From Ginglymostoma cirratum (taxonomy: Eukaryota), in assembly GCA_024137785.1 (NCBI GenBank), contig JAHRHZ010000065.1, forward strand, positions 24,914,911-24,978,910: a stretch of 64,000 nt of DNA. Reading direction: 5' to 3'. Both the position numbers and the translations under genes were made by a program. The number at the start of each line of letters is the position of its first letter. Positions within the stretch are counted from its first letter, which is position 1. Shown piece after piece: positions 13,706 to 26,381 of this stretch. Below the pieces are notes generated by a model. That model worked only from the letters and a program-made list of their open reading frames with translations, searched no databases and was not told where the DNA came from.

Positions 13706-15490
13706 GATGTTCCGATCTGAATTATCACAAACCAATTTTTTTTCTGAAAGATTGTCAAGTTCCTACACCTTGTACAACCTCTGACCTGATGCTACTGGAT
13801 TTAGGATTGGGAGATGAGATCAATCAACTGGCTTTCAAAACGTATAAGTCCAGTTCCTGTCATTTAGTCCTCAAAGCTAACGCTAAAATATTCTATTTAT
13901 ACAATTTATGTTCCAAATTCAACATTTACTTCAATTTATTCATGTACCAAGGTTGAAATAAAGAAATGACAAATCAATACTAGACAAACTGGGAGGAGCA
14001 CCATAATCAGTTTCATCCATTTGAAAAAAAGTAGCCACAAGAACTTGAGAGAGATTTTGGTTCAATTTTCTTTAGTGTGTCATTGGAGAGAGAGTGTTCT
14101 ACATGTTACAAAAAAAAGCAGTCACGTAAACTGTAATAGAGAATCATGGTGCCTGGTTCTGCTCCATCAAGGTTACCCTGAGATTTGTAGGACTTCACCA
14201 ATGGGATTTTTTAAAAATGAATTATTCAGTGGGTTGTGGACATTGTTGGCTATATTAATATTTATTACCCTTGATGAGGTTCCACAAAAAAACAAAAAGA
14301 TGGCGTGTTTCCCATCCTATCATTGAATTGCCTTGTTGGTTTGTCCGAAATCTGTCCATCAATGTGGCCTTCATTCAGTGCTCCTTTCAGGCAGGAGATT
14401 TTCCAGTTGCCAAAAGGCTCTGACTGTGAAGACTGTGACACCCCCAAGGCCTGCAGCAGCAGCCTTTTCTTCTAATGTTAACAAGTCTACCACGGGATAG
14501 CGCATGAGCATCTGAAGCATGGTAATGAAATTCTAGCCATTTGACACCAGAGCATATCTATTGCTTGTTCTTTGCTCTTTGTTAATCAACTGCTCATCAA
14601 TCAAGCCGCACAATAAAAACCTTCAGTTGCCCCATTCATATTTAACTCAAACAACATCTCACCCATTATTTACATTTAACCATTTAAATTTGTCACCAAA
14701 CACACGGTTGACAGAACAATCCCAACATTTAAACCTTGATTTTATTTCAGCTCCTTCCCCTTCAAAATGTAGCAGAGTTCACTTTTTAAGACATTTGACT
14801 AAACAGGGTTACAGATAACCCTCTCCTCCCATTCTCCACCTATCACTGTTCATTCAGCCAGATGGAGTTCAAATTGAATAGCATAAATGAAGCCCCATTA
14901 AAGGACAGCACAGTATACAGTCAGCCATAGACAGAGTTTAGGGCTGGGAAGTGCCAAACAGACAGAGAGGATGGACACTGAAAAATAGAGTCATGGAGGT
15001 ATACAGCACAGAAACAGGCCCTTTGGCCCAACTCGTCCATGTTGACTAGGTATCCCAAACTTAACTAGTCTCATTTTTCTGCATTTGGCTCATCTCCCTC
15101 CAAACATTTCTTTTTCATGTACTTATCCAAACATGTTTTAAATGATAACATTGTACTTGCCTCTACCACTTCCTCTGGCAATGCATCCCATATACGCACC
15201 ACTTTCTGTGTCAAAAGGGTGCCCCTCATGTCCCTTTTAAATCTGTCCCCTCTCGCATTAAACTTACGCCCTCTAGTTCTGGATTCCCCTACTCTGGGTA
15301 AAGGCCTTGGCTATTCATCTTATCTATCCCTCTCCTGATTTTATAAACGTCTATAAGGTCATCCCTCAACCTCCAATGCTCCAGGGAAAACTGCCCCAAG
15401 TCTATTCAGCCTCTTCCTATAGCTCAAACCCTCCAATTCTGGTGACATCCTTGTAAATATTATCTGCTCCCTTTGTGCAGTTTAATAACA

Positions 15491-16507
15491 AATAAAAACC
15501 GAAAGAACTGCGGATGCTGTAAATCAGGAACAAAAGCAAAGTTGCTAAAAAAGCTCAGCGGGCTTGGCAGCACCTGTGAAGGGAAAAAAAGCAGAGTTAA
15601 CGTTTCGGGTCCAGTCCACCAGGCATATATTCTCCTCCCCTCGCTTGTCCACCTTCCGTAGAGACTGTTCCCTCTGGGACACCCTGGTCCACACTTCCTT
15701 CACCCGCAACACCTACCCACAGCCCTACGGCACCTTCCCCTGTAACCGGCAAAGGTGACACACCTGCCCATTTACCTCCTCCCTCCCCAGAATCCAAGGG
15801 CACAAACATACCTTCCAGGTGTTCGCCTGCACTTCCCAGAATCTAGTCTACTGCATTCACTGCTCACGATGTGGTGTCCTCTACATTGGGGAAATGAAAC
15901 ATAGATTTGGCGACTGCTTCGCAGTACATCTACGTTCTCTCGCAAAAAAGATCCTGAACTACCTGTTGCCTGCCACTTCAACACACCACCCTGTTCCCTG
16001 ACCAACATGTCTGCCTCTGGCTTGCTGCAGTGTTCTAGCAAAGCTCAACGCAACCTGGAGGAACAGCATCTCATTTTCCACTTGGGGACCCTGCAGGCCT
16101 CCGGACTCAATATCGAGTTCAATCATTTTAGGGCCTAAACTCTCCCATGTCCCAGCCCCCCACCCCATACACCAGGCCTTGTTACCACATAGCCTGCCAT
16201 TACACATCCCCTGTTGTTAGTCATTCACAGTCCCCATTAAGAACTACTCACCCTCCCAGCCTGATCGTTAGTAACGCCTTCATCTGTCCCACTGTCTCTG
16301 TCTCTCTCTCTCTCTCTGTCTCTGGGCTCTATCCTATCGTTTACTCCCTAACCCACCCACCTCCCTATTTTCTGCATATAAACTGACGTTTTCCCAGGCC
16401 ACCATCAGTTCTGAGGAAGGGTCACCGGACCTGAAACATTAACTCTGTTTTTTCCTTCACAGATGCTGCCAGACCTGCTGAGCTTTTCCAGCAACTTTGT
16501 TTTTGTC
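15491..16507 (+). mobile_element. 5'-truncated Penelope-like element with inverted pLTR tail at its 5' end
   Basis: GIY-YIG ORF 15819-16001 NLVYCIHCSRCGVLYIGEMKHRFGDCFAVHLRS. 14-bp TSD GCAGTTTAATAACA (15477-15490, 16508-16521). Part of 15491-15614 is an inverted copy of the 3' tail. Confidence 0.92.
16407..16444 (+). ncRNA. Minimal type-I hammerhead ribozyme motif (PLE pLTR)
   Basis: AGTT-CTGAGGA-A-GGGTCACCGGACCT-GAAAC-ATT-AACT, with stem I AGTT/AACT and stem II GGTC/GACC. Confidence 0.7.
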
Positions 16508-17055
16508 GCAGTTTAATAACATCCTTCCTATAGCAGAACAACCAGAACTGTAGGCAGTATTCCAAATTTGGCCTCACTAATGTCTTGCACAGCTTTAACA
16601 TGATGTCCCAACTCCTGTACTCGATGACCTGACCAATGAAGGCAAGTGTGCCAAGTGCCTTCTTCACCACCCTGTCTACCTACAAGGAACTATGCACCTG
16701 AGCCCCTAGGTCTCTGTTTGACAACGCTCCCTACCATTAAGTGTGCAATGCCTGCCCTGGTTTGTCTTACCAAAATGTAACATCTCGCATTAATCTGAGT
16801 TAAACTCCATCTGCCATTCCTTGGCGCACCAATTTTGTTGCCATGTGCAAAACTTACTAATTATGCCTCTCATATTAGCATCCAAATCACTTGTATAAAC
16901 GATGAACAACAGTGGACCCAGCACTGATCCTTGCAGCACACCGCCTCCAGTCTGAAAAACAAGCTTCTACCACATCCTCTGTCTTCTACATCAAATCGAT
17001 TTTGTATCCAATTGGCTAGCTTTTCCTGGTCTCCACATGATCTAACCTTACTAAC

Positions 17056-17385
17056 TGTTGCCTCAAAACGTCAGGGACCAGGTTCGATTCCACCCTCAGG
17101 CGACTGTCTGATTGCAGTTTGCACATTCTCCCCATGTCTGCGTGGGTTTCAACTGGGTGCTCCTATTTCCTTTCAGTCCAAAAATGTGCAGGTTAGGTGG
17201 ATTGGCCACGCTAGCTTACTCATTGTGTCCAGGAATGTGCAGACAAGGTGAATTAGCCATGAGAAAATGCAGCGTTACAGGGATAGAATGGGCGGGGGGG
17301 GAATGAATCTGTGTGGGATGCTCCTCAGAGAGTCAGTATGATTAGATAGGCCAAATGGCCTATTTCCAAACTGTAGAGGTTCCAT
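17056..17385 (+). mobile_element. HE1-like V-SINE (5' truncated)
   Basis: B-box ggttcgattcc and V-domain gtttgcacattctccccatgtctgcgtgggtttc. Similar to 48741-49060. Confidence 0.85.
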
Positions 17386-17676
17386 ATGTTTACCACATGG
17401 TACCTTGCTGAAGGCCTTGCTAAAGTCCATGCAGATGTCTACTGCACTGTCCTCGTCTATCATCTTGGTCACCTCTTCAAAAACCTCAACCAAATTAATG
17501 AGACACGTTTCCCAAGTACCAAAACCATGCTGACTATACCCAATCAGTCCTTGCCATTTCAAATGTGAGAAGGAATAGGAGGCTGCATAGCCATCCTGGG
17601 TCTGGAAGCTGGAAGAGGGAGTCTTCACTGTATCTTTCGTCAAGGAATATAATGAACGGTTTGAATTACATCAAGT

Positions 17677-18016
17677 GGAGGTGGTAGCATTGTAATAGTA
17701 TCAGTAACGTCATTTGGTGAGAAATCCAGAAACACTGACTAATGTTCTGGGGACACGACAAATCGGATCAAATGAAAAAAAAACCTGAAATAAAAGCTAA
17801 CGTAATGGGGACCAAATAACCACTGTCAATAATCCTAACACACTCCATCTAATTCACTAATGTCCTTTAGGAATAGAAATCTACCATACCTACCTGGTCT
17901 GGCCTGCATGTAACTCCAGAACCATAGCAATGTGTTTGTCTCTGTACTGCCCTCTGGGCAATCGCGGTGGGCAGTAATTTATAGCCTAGCCAGCAATGGC
18001 CACATCCAATGAATGA
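17677..18016 (+). mobile_element. Degenerate tRNA-derived SINE (family 2)
   Basis: Aligns by eye to 54118-54475 (tacctggtctggcctgcatgtaactccaga; tail cacatccaatgaatgaa). Confidence 0.7.
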
Positions 18017-18850
18017 ATACTTGAAATAATAATTTTATTATAATAAATACTTCAAATCACACATGTATCACTGTAGTTGGAGAAGAGGAACTTAGAAATT
18101 TGTGAAGTGCCAACCTCTACCTATGCCATCTGTCTTCAGACTTAACACGATTGCCCTCCTTCCAATCCCCCCCTCCAAATACCACCAGCAACCCTTCATT
18201 CTCACCTGCATGGAACTGCAATGACTATAAAATTGCAAACTCACATTTTAACTCTCAAAAATCGTATCAATAAAATGGTAGCAAGCCAGGAGTAAAAAGC
18301 CGAATCACAGAATTATTTATTTTATTTGCTTGAAAAAGACAAAATAAACTTGTGCTGTAACAACGAAATATTATTTTTACATGATACAAGTTTTACATGA
18401 TAATTTCAACTTCCACTTCTAACAACCACCAGATGGAAGAAGATTTGAAGAAAAAAATTTAAACTGAATGCATACGCAACAAAGTGAAATCCAACATTGT
18501 TAAGTGCTAATTAATGTACATTAGTGGAAGTCACATGTCCAAGAAAACCTGGAATGAGATCTGGAAATAACCAAAGTGTTATGTTCAGTCTGTACGTGTG
18601 TCCTACAATCAAGATATTCCATCCCTCACATCCTCAATTTATCTGTTCATGGACAATGCAAAATACTTGCAGATATTGGAACACTAGAAATCGTGGAATC
18701 AAATGAACTCTCATCCTAAGTTTTAGAAAATAATTTGTGGTGCCACAAATCTGTGGTACCGTCAGCTCGACAGGATATCAAAGTAACTTTTAATTAAATG
18801 TTAAACATTTGAAATAAATAAATTCAAATTGATACACTTCAATACATTAC

Positions 18851-18951
18851 CCTGACAGACAGCATATCCAAGTCCTAGCAGCAGCAGTGACAAACAGTCA
18901 TAGTATTTTGAAGCATATGAAGAACCAACACTTGCTATGATGTTTGCCACT
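18851..18951 (-). CDS. Weak candidate exon (101 nt, phase 2-1)
   Basis: Minus strand has ctatatag| ... CAGG|gtaatg. The only open frame is VANIIASVGSSYASKYYDCLSLLLLGLGYAVCQ(G). Its end phase is compatible with exon 519-686, but the polypyrimidine tract is weak. Confidence 0.28.
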
Positions 18952-19929
18952 CTATATAGTGAGTGAATTGGAAATGAATACAAAATATGAACTTAAAGTG
19001 ATAAGTACTTCACTGTTACTATTGAAGCTATAGGATCATTGATAATTTATACTTTTAATACCTAGAGATCAAACTATAATTTTTAATTAGATCATTAATA
19101 AATCAGTTTATTCCAACTTTTAAAAAATCTTTTATCTGCTCTTCTCAAATTTCTCTGCATCTTTCTTCTTCAGAAAGAAACAGTAGCTGACTGGAATACA
19201 TGTAATTCCATGGGCATCAGTCATCCTCTGATATCTTGTCCAAAGGTCATTACTCATGCTTCAATGTTCAGTGTTGCCAGGCTGTGTAACTAGACAAAAC
19301 ATGCAGCTGACCAGAAACCAACACAAATCTCATCTGGCATTGAAACACACACATTTCAAACTAGCTCTCCAGGGATCTGCCTAGTCTGAGTGGCTCAATC
19401 ACTTGAACAGCACAGGAAGAGGTTTGGGGTTGGAGGAGGGGTGGGGGTAGAATCTTTACGCTATCTTTGATCAACATCCATGCACAGAATTCTGAACAAC
19501 ATTATTTTTGAACAGAGATTAACCGTACCACGAGGGGGAATCATTAGGCGCATTAGAAACACAAATTATATGATGCACCCAAAACCCTGGACGTCAGTCA
19601 AAGAAACCCCTTCCCTCAATCAAATGCTCCAAATCATCTTTCTCCAGAAAATTGGCAGCCACACTAAAAAAGCTTGAGAGAAAAAAACAATATCAGACCT
19701 TCCGTGTCAACAATAACATTCAGTCATATACTGTTTGATTCCTCCTTGCAGACTTCATCTGCACATCTCTGAGAAGTATTGAGCTAGCATGTGCAGATTG
19801 TAAGAACAGAACAAAAAAAAAACATTTTCCAGGGATTGTTTTCTGCAACATTCCTGTTGATTGCCATGAACTATCCTATCTCAGCTGGTGAATCAGTATA
19901 TTGCCACGTGGACCGCCAAATAAAAACAG

Positions 19930-22460
19930 AGGGGAGCAATGGTACAGCATGAGCTGTGGATGGGGAACATCAACGTTCACTAAAAAGACTAGCTCAGTAG
20001 ATTATTAGTGACTGATTAAAACTCTGACCAAAGGATATGTTTCCAGACTGGGTTTACAATAGGTGCTGAGAACACCATCACCACTGCCACCACCACCAAG
20101 TAAAAAAAAACTACTTGACCTCATCCTCAGTAATGTCCTAGTCACAGACACACTGGTATATGAGAGTATGAAAAGAACTAACCACAGGGCAATGCTTGTG
20201 AAGGCAAAATCCAGCCTTCACATGGAAGACACTCTCGAAGAGGCTGTTTCTCACTAATACCACATTCAATAGGACAAATCCTGAACAGATCTTGCTCTTC
20301 AAAACTGGGCATTCACCTGGAACTATGGGCTATCAGCAGCACGGCTGTGTTCCAGCATGGCCCAATGTATATCTCATCCTACCATTATCATCAAGCAAGA
20401 TAAATTCTTGGTCAAAGAATGTAGAACTGCATGCCAGAATAACACCAGGCATATCTATAAATGATGTCTAGTACCGGTGAAGCAACAATACAGGGACTTT
20501 AAATTGAAGCAGCATTAGCATCCTGTAAAAGAATTAAGCAATTTCACAAGCAACATATCAAATTTATGTGCTGCACATCTACAAGTAAATCAATCATGAA
20601 TAGTGATGGACAATTAAACAATTGGCAGGAGGGTACTGAAACATCCACATTCTCAACATTAGGGGACACCTAACACATCTGTGAAAAAAAAAACAGGGCT
20701 GACAAGGGCTTTTGTGGTACAATGGTAGTGTCCCTATCTCTATGCCAAAAGGTCCAAATTGAAGTCCCCACTTGCCAATGTGGTGTATTATATTATGTAC
20801 AACATTTTGCTTTTTAAGAAAAGACTGAAACATTTCTTACCATCCTTAGCCAGGAGTGACGAGTATATACTCCCCCTCCGGAGGTTTAGACAATTACTGA
20901 TGCCAGTCTTCAATTCATTTTACATTCATTCCATTTGATAAGGAAATGGTTGAGTACACTTGGTTCAGGTAAAGTTATAAGCACTGACAACGTACCTGCT
21001 GCTATGCTGAGGATTTGCATACCAGAACTAGTCCCACCACTAGCAAGATGTTTCAGGACAGCAGCAACACTGATATTTACCCAACATTGCAAAACAAAAT
21101 CTATATAGGTCCTGCCCACGAAGCCAGGACAGAAGCAATGCAGCCAATTATTGCACCACCAGTGTACTCTCAATCATTAGTATAGGAACGGCATGTGTCA
21201 TGGTCAGTGTTATCAGTGGTTCTTACTTACCAACAACCCTACAATGGATGCACAGTTTGGGTTTTGTCAGTCCCACGTGGCTCCTGACCTCATTAAGCAT
21301 AGGCAAAACAGCCAAATTCCAGAATTGAAGTGAACGATGGGCATTGAAATCCAGGCAGCATTTGGCTAAACATGGCATCCAGGAGCCCCAGTAAAATCCA
21401 AGTCAACAGGAATCAAAGGGAAAATTTCCATTCACTGAAGTTAATGTTTGTAAAGGGAGAGAGAGATTGTTGCGTTGTTGGAAAAATATCATCATCTCTG
21501 CTCCAGTTTAGCACTGGCATTCTTCAGGTACACGTCCTAGTCCCAATCATCTCTAGCTGTTTCAATGACTTTCCCTGGCTTTGAAGTTCATGAGTGGACA
21601 TGCCCACTGATGATTGCTCAGTATTCAACTTTCTTTGTAACTTCACAGATTATGAAACAGTACATGACCATATGCAACATTTCGGCAAATTTCAGGCTTG
21701 ACTGATAAATAGGAAATAACTATCATTTGATACATACAAGGCAACAGTCAACTTCTACAAGAGAAAGTATAACCATCTCCCCATTACAGTCAATATAATT
21801 CCTGCATTATAATTCCTGAATCTCCCAATATCAACTTCTTGGGTTTCACTACTGACCAGAAACTTACGTGCAGCGAACATACAATGCTGCAGCTACAAGA
21901 GCAAGTTAGAGACTGGAAATTTTGAAGCACTGAAATATCCTGATTCATCAAAGCCTGGTCACCATCTCAAAGGCATAAGTCCACTGTATGATGAAATCCT
22001 TCCCTTTGACTGGATGACTGCAGCTTCAAACACTCAAAAAGCTTGACAGAATCCAGGAGAAACCCTTAATCGCACGCAATCCATCACTTTAAACATTCAC
22101 TCCCTTAACCACTGACAGCAGGGCACACTATCCACAAGATAAGCTGCAGTATTTAACCAAGACTATTTTGACAGCACATCCCAATCCCAAGCCACCTGCC
22201 ACCTAGAATAAAATGGCAGCAGGCATAAGGAAACACCACTATCTACAAACTCCCCTCCAAGCAGGTCACCAATCTCACTTGAAAATATGAAGCAATTTCT
22301 TCATTACCATAGGGTCAATATCCTGGATCTCCTTCCCAACAGCTTGGTGACTGTACTTACACAACCTGGATTGTAGTGACTTTTGGCAACAACACGACAG
22401 CACCTTATCAAATGGCAAAGAACACTGGGCGTGGCTGCAATGCTCACACCCCACGAAGAA
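19930..22460 (+). mobile_element. Old degenerate CR1-superfamily LINE (family 2)
   Basis: Collinear with 25945-31678. Endonuclease remnant LLDLILSN...NHRAMLV (ORF 20063-20257) and RT region near 21340-21620. Confidence 0.75.
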
Positions 22461-23234
22461 AAGTCATTCACCTTGAGTCTCGAGTAGCCTAGACACGATA
22501 AATGTGGCAGGTTCTTTTCAGAGAGTATTTCAGATTAATGTTAGGAAGAGGCTGAAAGACATTTGTGAGTTAGACACAGCACTGACTGAGCAACAATTAA
22601 CAATGAATACACTGCTCACCTATTCCGCCAAACTGGTTGAGATTAAAAGTCTGAGATCACAAAGGTTAAATTTCATCATACTGTCATCAGGCTACACCTT
22701 GAATACTTTTGTTCCCATCACAAGGTACAAACTCTAGAAGGTATGGAAAGAAGGATGATTAATCCTCTGACGCCAGCAGTCAGGTTAAATTATGGAGAGG
22801 TGGGATCCAGTTCAGGGCAGGGCTGGAGTGCTAGCCTAAATGACTGAACAGACACATTCATCTTAAAGACAAAAATGCTGTCAAGATTTTGGCACCTTTG
22901 TTCATAATGAGAATGGTACAAAAGGAAAACAATGATATATCAGGTTTGTTGTTGATTAAAAGATATTAGTGATTGAACATCTCCATTCTGACCCTGGAAT
23001 AACAGAATGAAGTTTTGACCTGAAAAGGGAGGATCAGTAAAGCTTAATGTAATTAATTTAGGTTTGGCAGTGGATGCTAAGACCAAGTAGATACTACATA
23101 CAATCAGGTTGGTCCTTCTATTAGTCTGAAGGTAATGGTAGAGGTGGCATAATTCTATTTGAAAGTGCTAGATTAGGACTCCAATCTTAACAGAAAGACG
23201 CATTCAAAGCATGCCACTACCAGAATTTGAATGT

Positions 23235-23545
23235 CTTGGTTTTAGATACATTCCAGCCAGCCTCCTTTGACAGTATTTTCCAAATCCATGGTCTCTACCA
23301 TCTAAAAAGGACAAGGAGAACAGGCACATGGCAACACCACACCTGCAAGCTCCCCTCCAAGTCACATACCTTCTGACTTGAAAATATATCACTGTACCTT
23401 CAGAGTTGCTGGGCAAGATCCTGCAACTGCCTTCCTAACAGCACTGTGTGTATGTATATCACTGAACAACAATAATTCCAGAAGATAACTCAATACCACT
23501 TTGTTTGGCAGCAGCAATGGTCACATCTCACACACAATGAAAAGC
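23235..23545 (+). mobile_element. Family-2 LINE 3' end fragment
   Basis: ggcaacaccacacctgcaagctcccctccaagtcacatac...gaaaatatatcactg resembles 31425-31500. Confidence 0.7.
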
Positions 23546-23754
23546 AATAATTCTGGGTTAGAATGATCTTGAACGAGCTGGTGAGGTGAAAAAAACAAAC
23601 AGTCATCTGGAGCTCTACTTTAGTGACAAATGGAAATTTTCCAGGGGTATGAAAATTGTTAAGGCCAGAGCATGACCAGATTATTTAAAATAATTTTAAT
23701 GATACAACTGTCCTGTTTGGAAATACCATGGTCACTCTGGATAAGTGGCAAGAT

Positions 23755-24585
23755 ACAGTAACAGAAATAGGCCATTTGGACCAGAGTCAGCCCCTCTATT
23801 CAATGAGATCATGGTTAATTCAACGATCCTCAACTTTCCTGCTTTGCCCTTATAACTCTTGATTCCCTCAGTGATTAAAATCCATCTATCACACATTTGA
23901 ATCTACTTGACGGCGCAGTGTCAACAGCTCACCACAGTAAAGAATTCCACAGATTCACTACCTTCAGAGAAAAATATCCTCCATATCTCGGTTTTAAACA
24001 GGTGATTCCTTAGTCAGAGATCATGCCCTCTGGTCCTAGACTGTCCCAGAAGGGGAAACCACCTGTCCACATTCAAAATGTCAACCCCACACCCCCTCCA
24101 AAGAATCTTAGATGATTCAGTAAGGTCACCCTTTATTCTTCTGAACTACAATGAGTACAGGCCCAACTTACCCAACTTGTCCTCATAAGAAAATCCCTCC
24201 ATACCTAGAATTAACCAACTGAACCTTTTCTGGACTGCCTCAAATGCCAGTATATTGTCCCTTAGATAAGAAGATCAAACTATTCACAGTATTCCACAAA
24301 TGGTGTGATTAGTACCGTGTATAGCTTTAGCTTGACCTCTTTATTTCTATACTCCATTCCATTTGAAATAAAGGCCAACGGTCCATTTGCCTTCCCTACC
24401 ACCCACTGAATTTGTATTCTAGCTTTTGTGATTCATGTATGAGGCCCGATTCCCTCTGTGCAACAACATACTTTCTCCATTTAGAGAATATTCAGCTCTT
24501 CTATTTTTCCCGCCAAAGTGCATAACCTTACATTTCCCACATTAGATCCCACCTGTCAAGTTTTTGTCCTCTCACTTGACCTGTC
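23755..24585 (-). mobile_element. CR1-like LINE 3' fragment
   Basis: Reverse CR1 tail (agaaataggccatt...ttcaatgagatcatgg) and blocks such as aagaattccacagattcactacc. Confidence 0.8.
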
Positions 24586-26381
24586 AAAACTCCCAGTCCG
24601 TCAATGAAAGCTTCATGAAATTTCCAACGTGTTAACATGTTGTCAATTGTACAAGGCACTCAAAAATGCTTTAAAGTTTATTAGTTTTAAATACATGGCT
24701 CATAAAATACAAATAGATTGCTCCAGGCCCCCAAATAATTTTATTCTAATTATAGCAGCAAATTGCTGACTTGGGATATTTTGTATTAATTACAATTACG
24801 GCTTTTGAAATTTGGAAATTAAGTACAGAAGAACATAATACATTTACTACTGCTGACTTTCCAAGTTATTTTCCTCCCTTCTGTTGATCTCTTTGTAATC
24901 CACACCATTGTTTAGCTAAGTAAGGGAGCAATTAAGAAACTATCCATCAACATCAGTTGAACTGGCCGCTTCATGCACAGCAGTTTAGGGTAATTTCACC
25001 CCTTTCCCAAGGGAAACTTTGATTACAATGACACCAAGCAAAGTGTTGCAACTTTTCAAGAAATAACACTACATAAAATGTGAAAATTCTGCTTATTCGA
25101 AACTACAAAGCTTTAGAACTGTAAGTACTGAAAACTAAATGCAAAAGGTATACCAAAGATGTGGATGTTGGACATAAACAAATTAAAACCTGGAAACATT
25201 CAGCAGGTCTGACAGCATCTGTGCAGAATAATCATTAATTTGAAACCATAAGTGAAAAGATCTAGTTATGCAGCACAATGTGTCAGAATGCAGGTTCATG
25301 CATTCAAGTCCCTAAAGTTATACCCACCTGTAATGGTATGGGGACAAAGCACGTCCCATGGGGTAACTATAAAACGGTTAGACAGCTGTACACAGTTTTG
25401 AGATGCTCATGGGCACCTTCTAGTGGTCAAGTACATATCATAAAAATTAAGAATCTCATCCTTCCAGCAAAGATGTGTTTCATACAATCTGGCAAAACTT
25501 TCTAAAAGTCATGTTGAAGAGCTGTGGAACCGTAAGCAAGACATCGTAAGGGATGACTTGTGCATCAGTGGGGAATTTTTACATATAACGTACAAAGATA
25601 ACTGCAGTAAATTCACCGTACACATCCTTGAAGCTAATCTGAAGTATTAGATAAGGTCGGTTTTCACAAGTTAATGAGCTTTCTGCATGTGGCCAGCAAC
25701 CTTTTTTTTTGGAAATAGGTGTGGTATCTGCGGATTCTTTTCAAGTAAACACAGATTACACACTTCCCATAATTTGAATGTCCCTTGAAACTGGTGAAAA
25801 ATAATTAGCTTCAATGTCAAAACAAGACACATTTGTTTTGGAGCATCCTTGCTTTTTAGTTACCATTGCATTAAATGACACAAAAATGTCACTTACAAAC
25901 ATGCAACAGCCTGAAATTGTCTGTAAGGTGTGACTCTGAGTGCATGACTATGTCCCAGACACCACCGTCACCACCCTTCGATATGTCCTCTCCCACTGGC
26001 AGGACAGACCCAGCAGATGCAGTGGCACAGTGTTTTACAGTCAGGGGGAATTGCTCTGGGAGTCCTCAACATCAACTCTGGACCCCATGAAGTCTCATTG
26101 TTTCAGGTTAAACATGGGCAAGGAAATCTCCTGCTGATTACTTCCTACTGTCCTCCCTCAACTGATGAATCAGTACTCCTCCACGTTGAACAACATTTGG
26201 AGAAAGCACTGAGGGTGGAAAGGTCTTAAAACGTACTCTGGGTGGGGGATTTCAATGACCATCACCAAGAGTGGCTTGGCAGCAGCACTACTTGTCGAGC
26301 TGGTTGGGCCCTGCTAAACTAGGTCTGCAGCAGATGGTGAGGGAACCAACGAGAGGGAAAGACATACTTGACCTCATCATT

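Larger units (their letters stand above)
14985..17565 (-). mobile_element. CR1/HER1-like LINE fragment hosting a Penelope and an HE1-like SINE
   Basis: ORF 16422-16670 VKKALGTLAFIG..EYRSWDIMLKLCKTLVRPNLEYC and ORF 17275-17643 SQHGF...CLINLVEVFEEVT...MDFSKAFSKVP are CR1 RT motifs. Confidence 0.9.

Noticed and set aside
14269-14511. Minus-strand exon candidate (ORF 14265-14447)
   Set aside because: The acceptor giving the open frame lacks a pyrimidine tract, the upstream acceptor gives stops in all frames, and the phases do not fit the other exon candidates.
18376-18402. Short tandem duplications (ttttacatgata x2; similar ones near 12552, 21795, 47423, 56570)
   Set aside because: These are ordinary slippage duplications with no higher-order structure.
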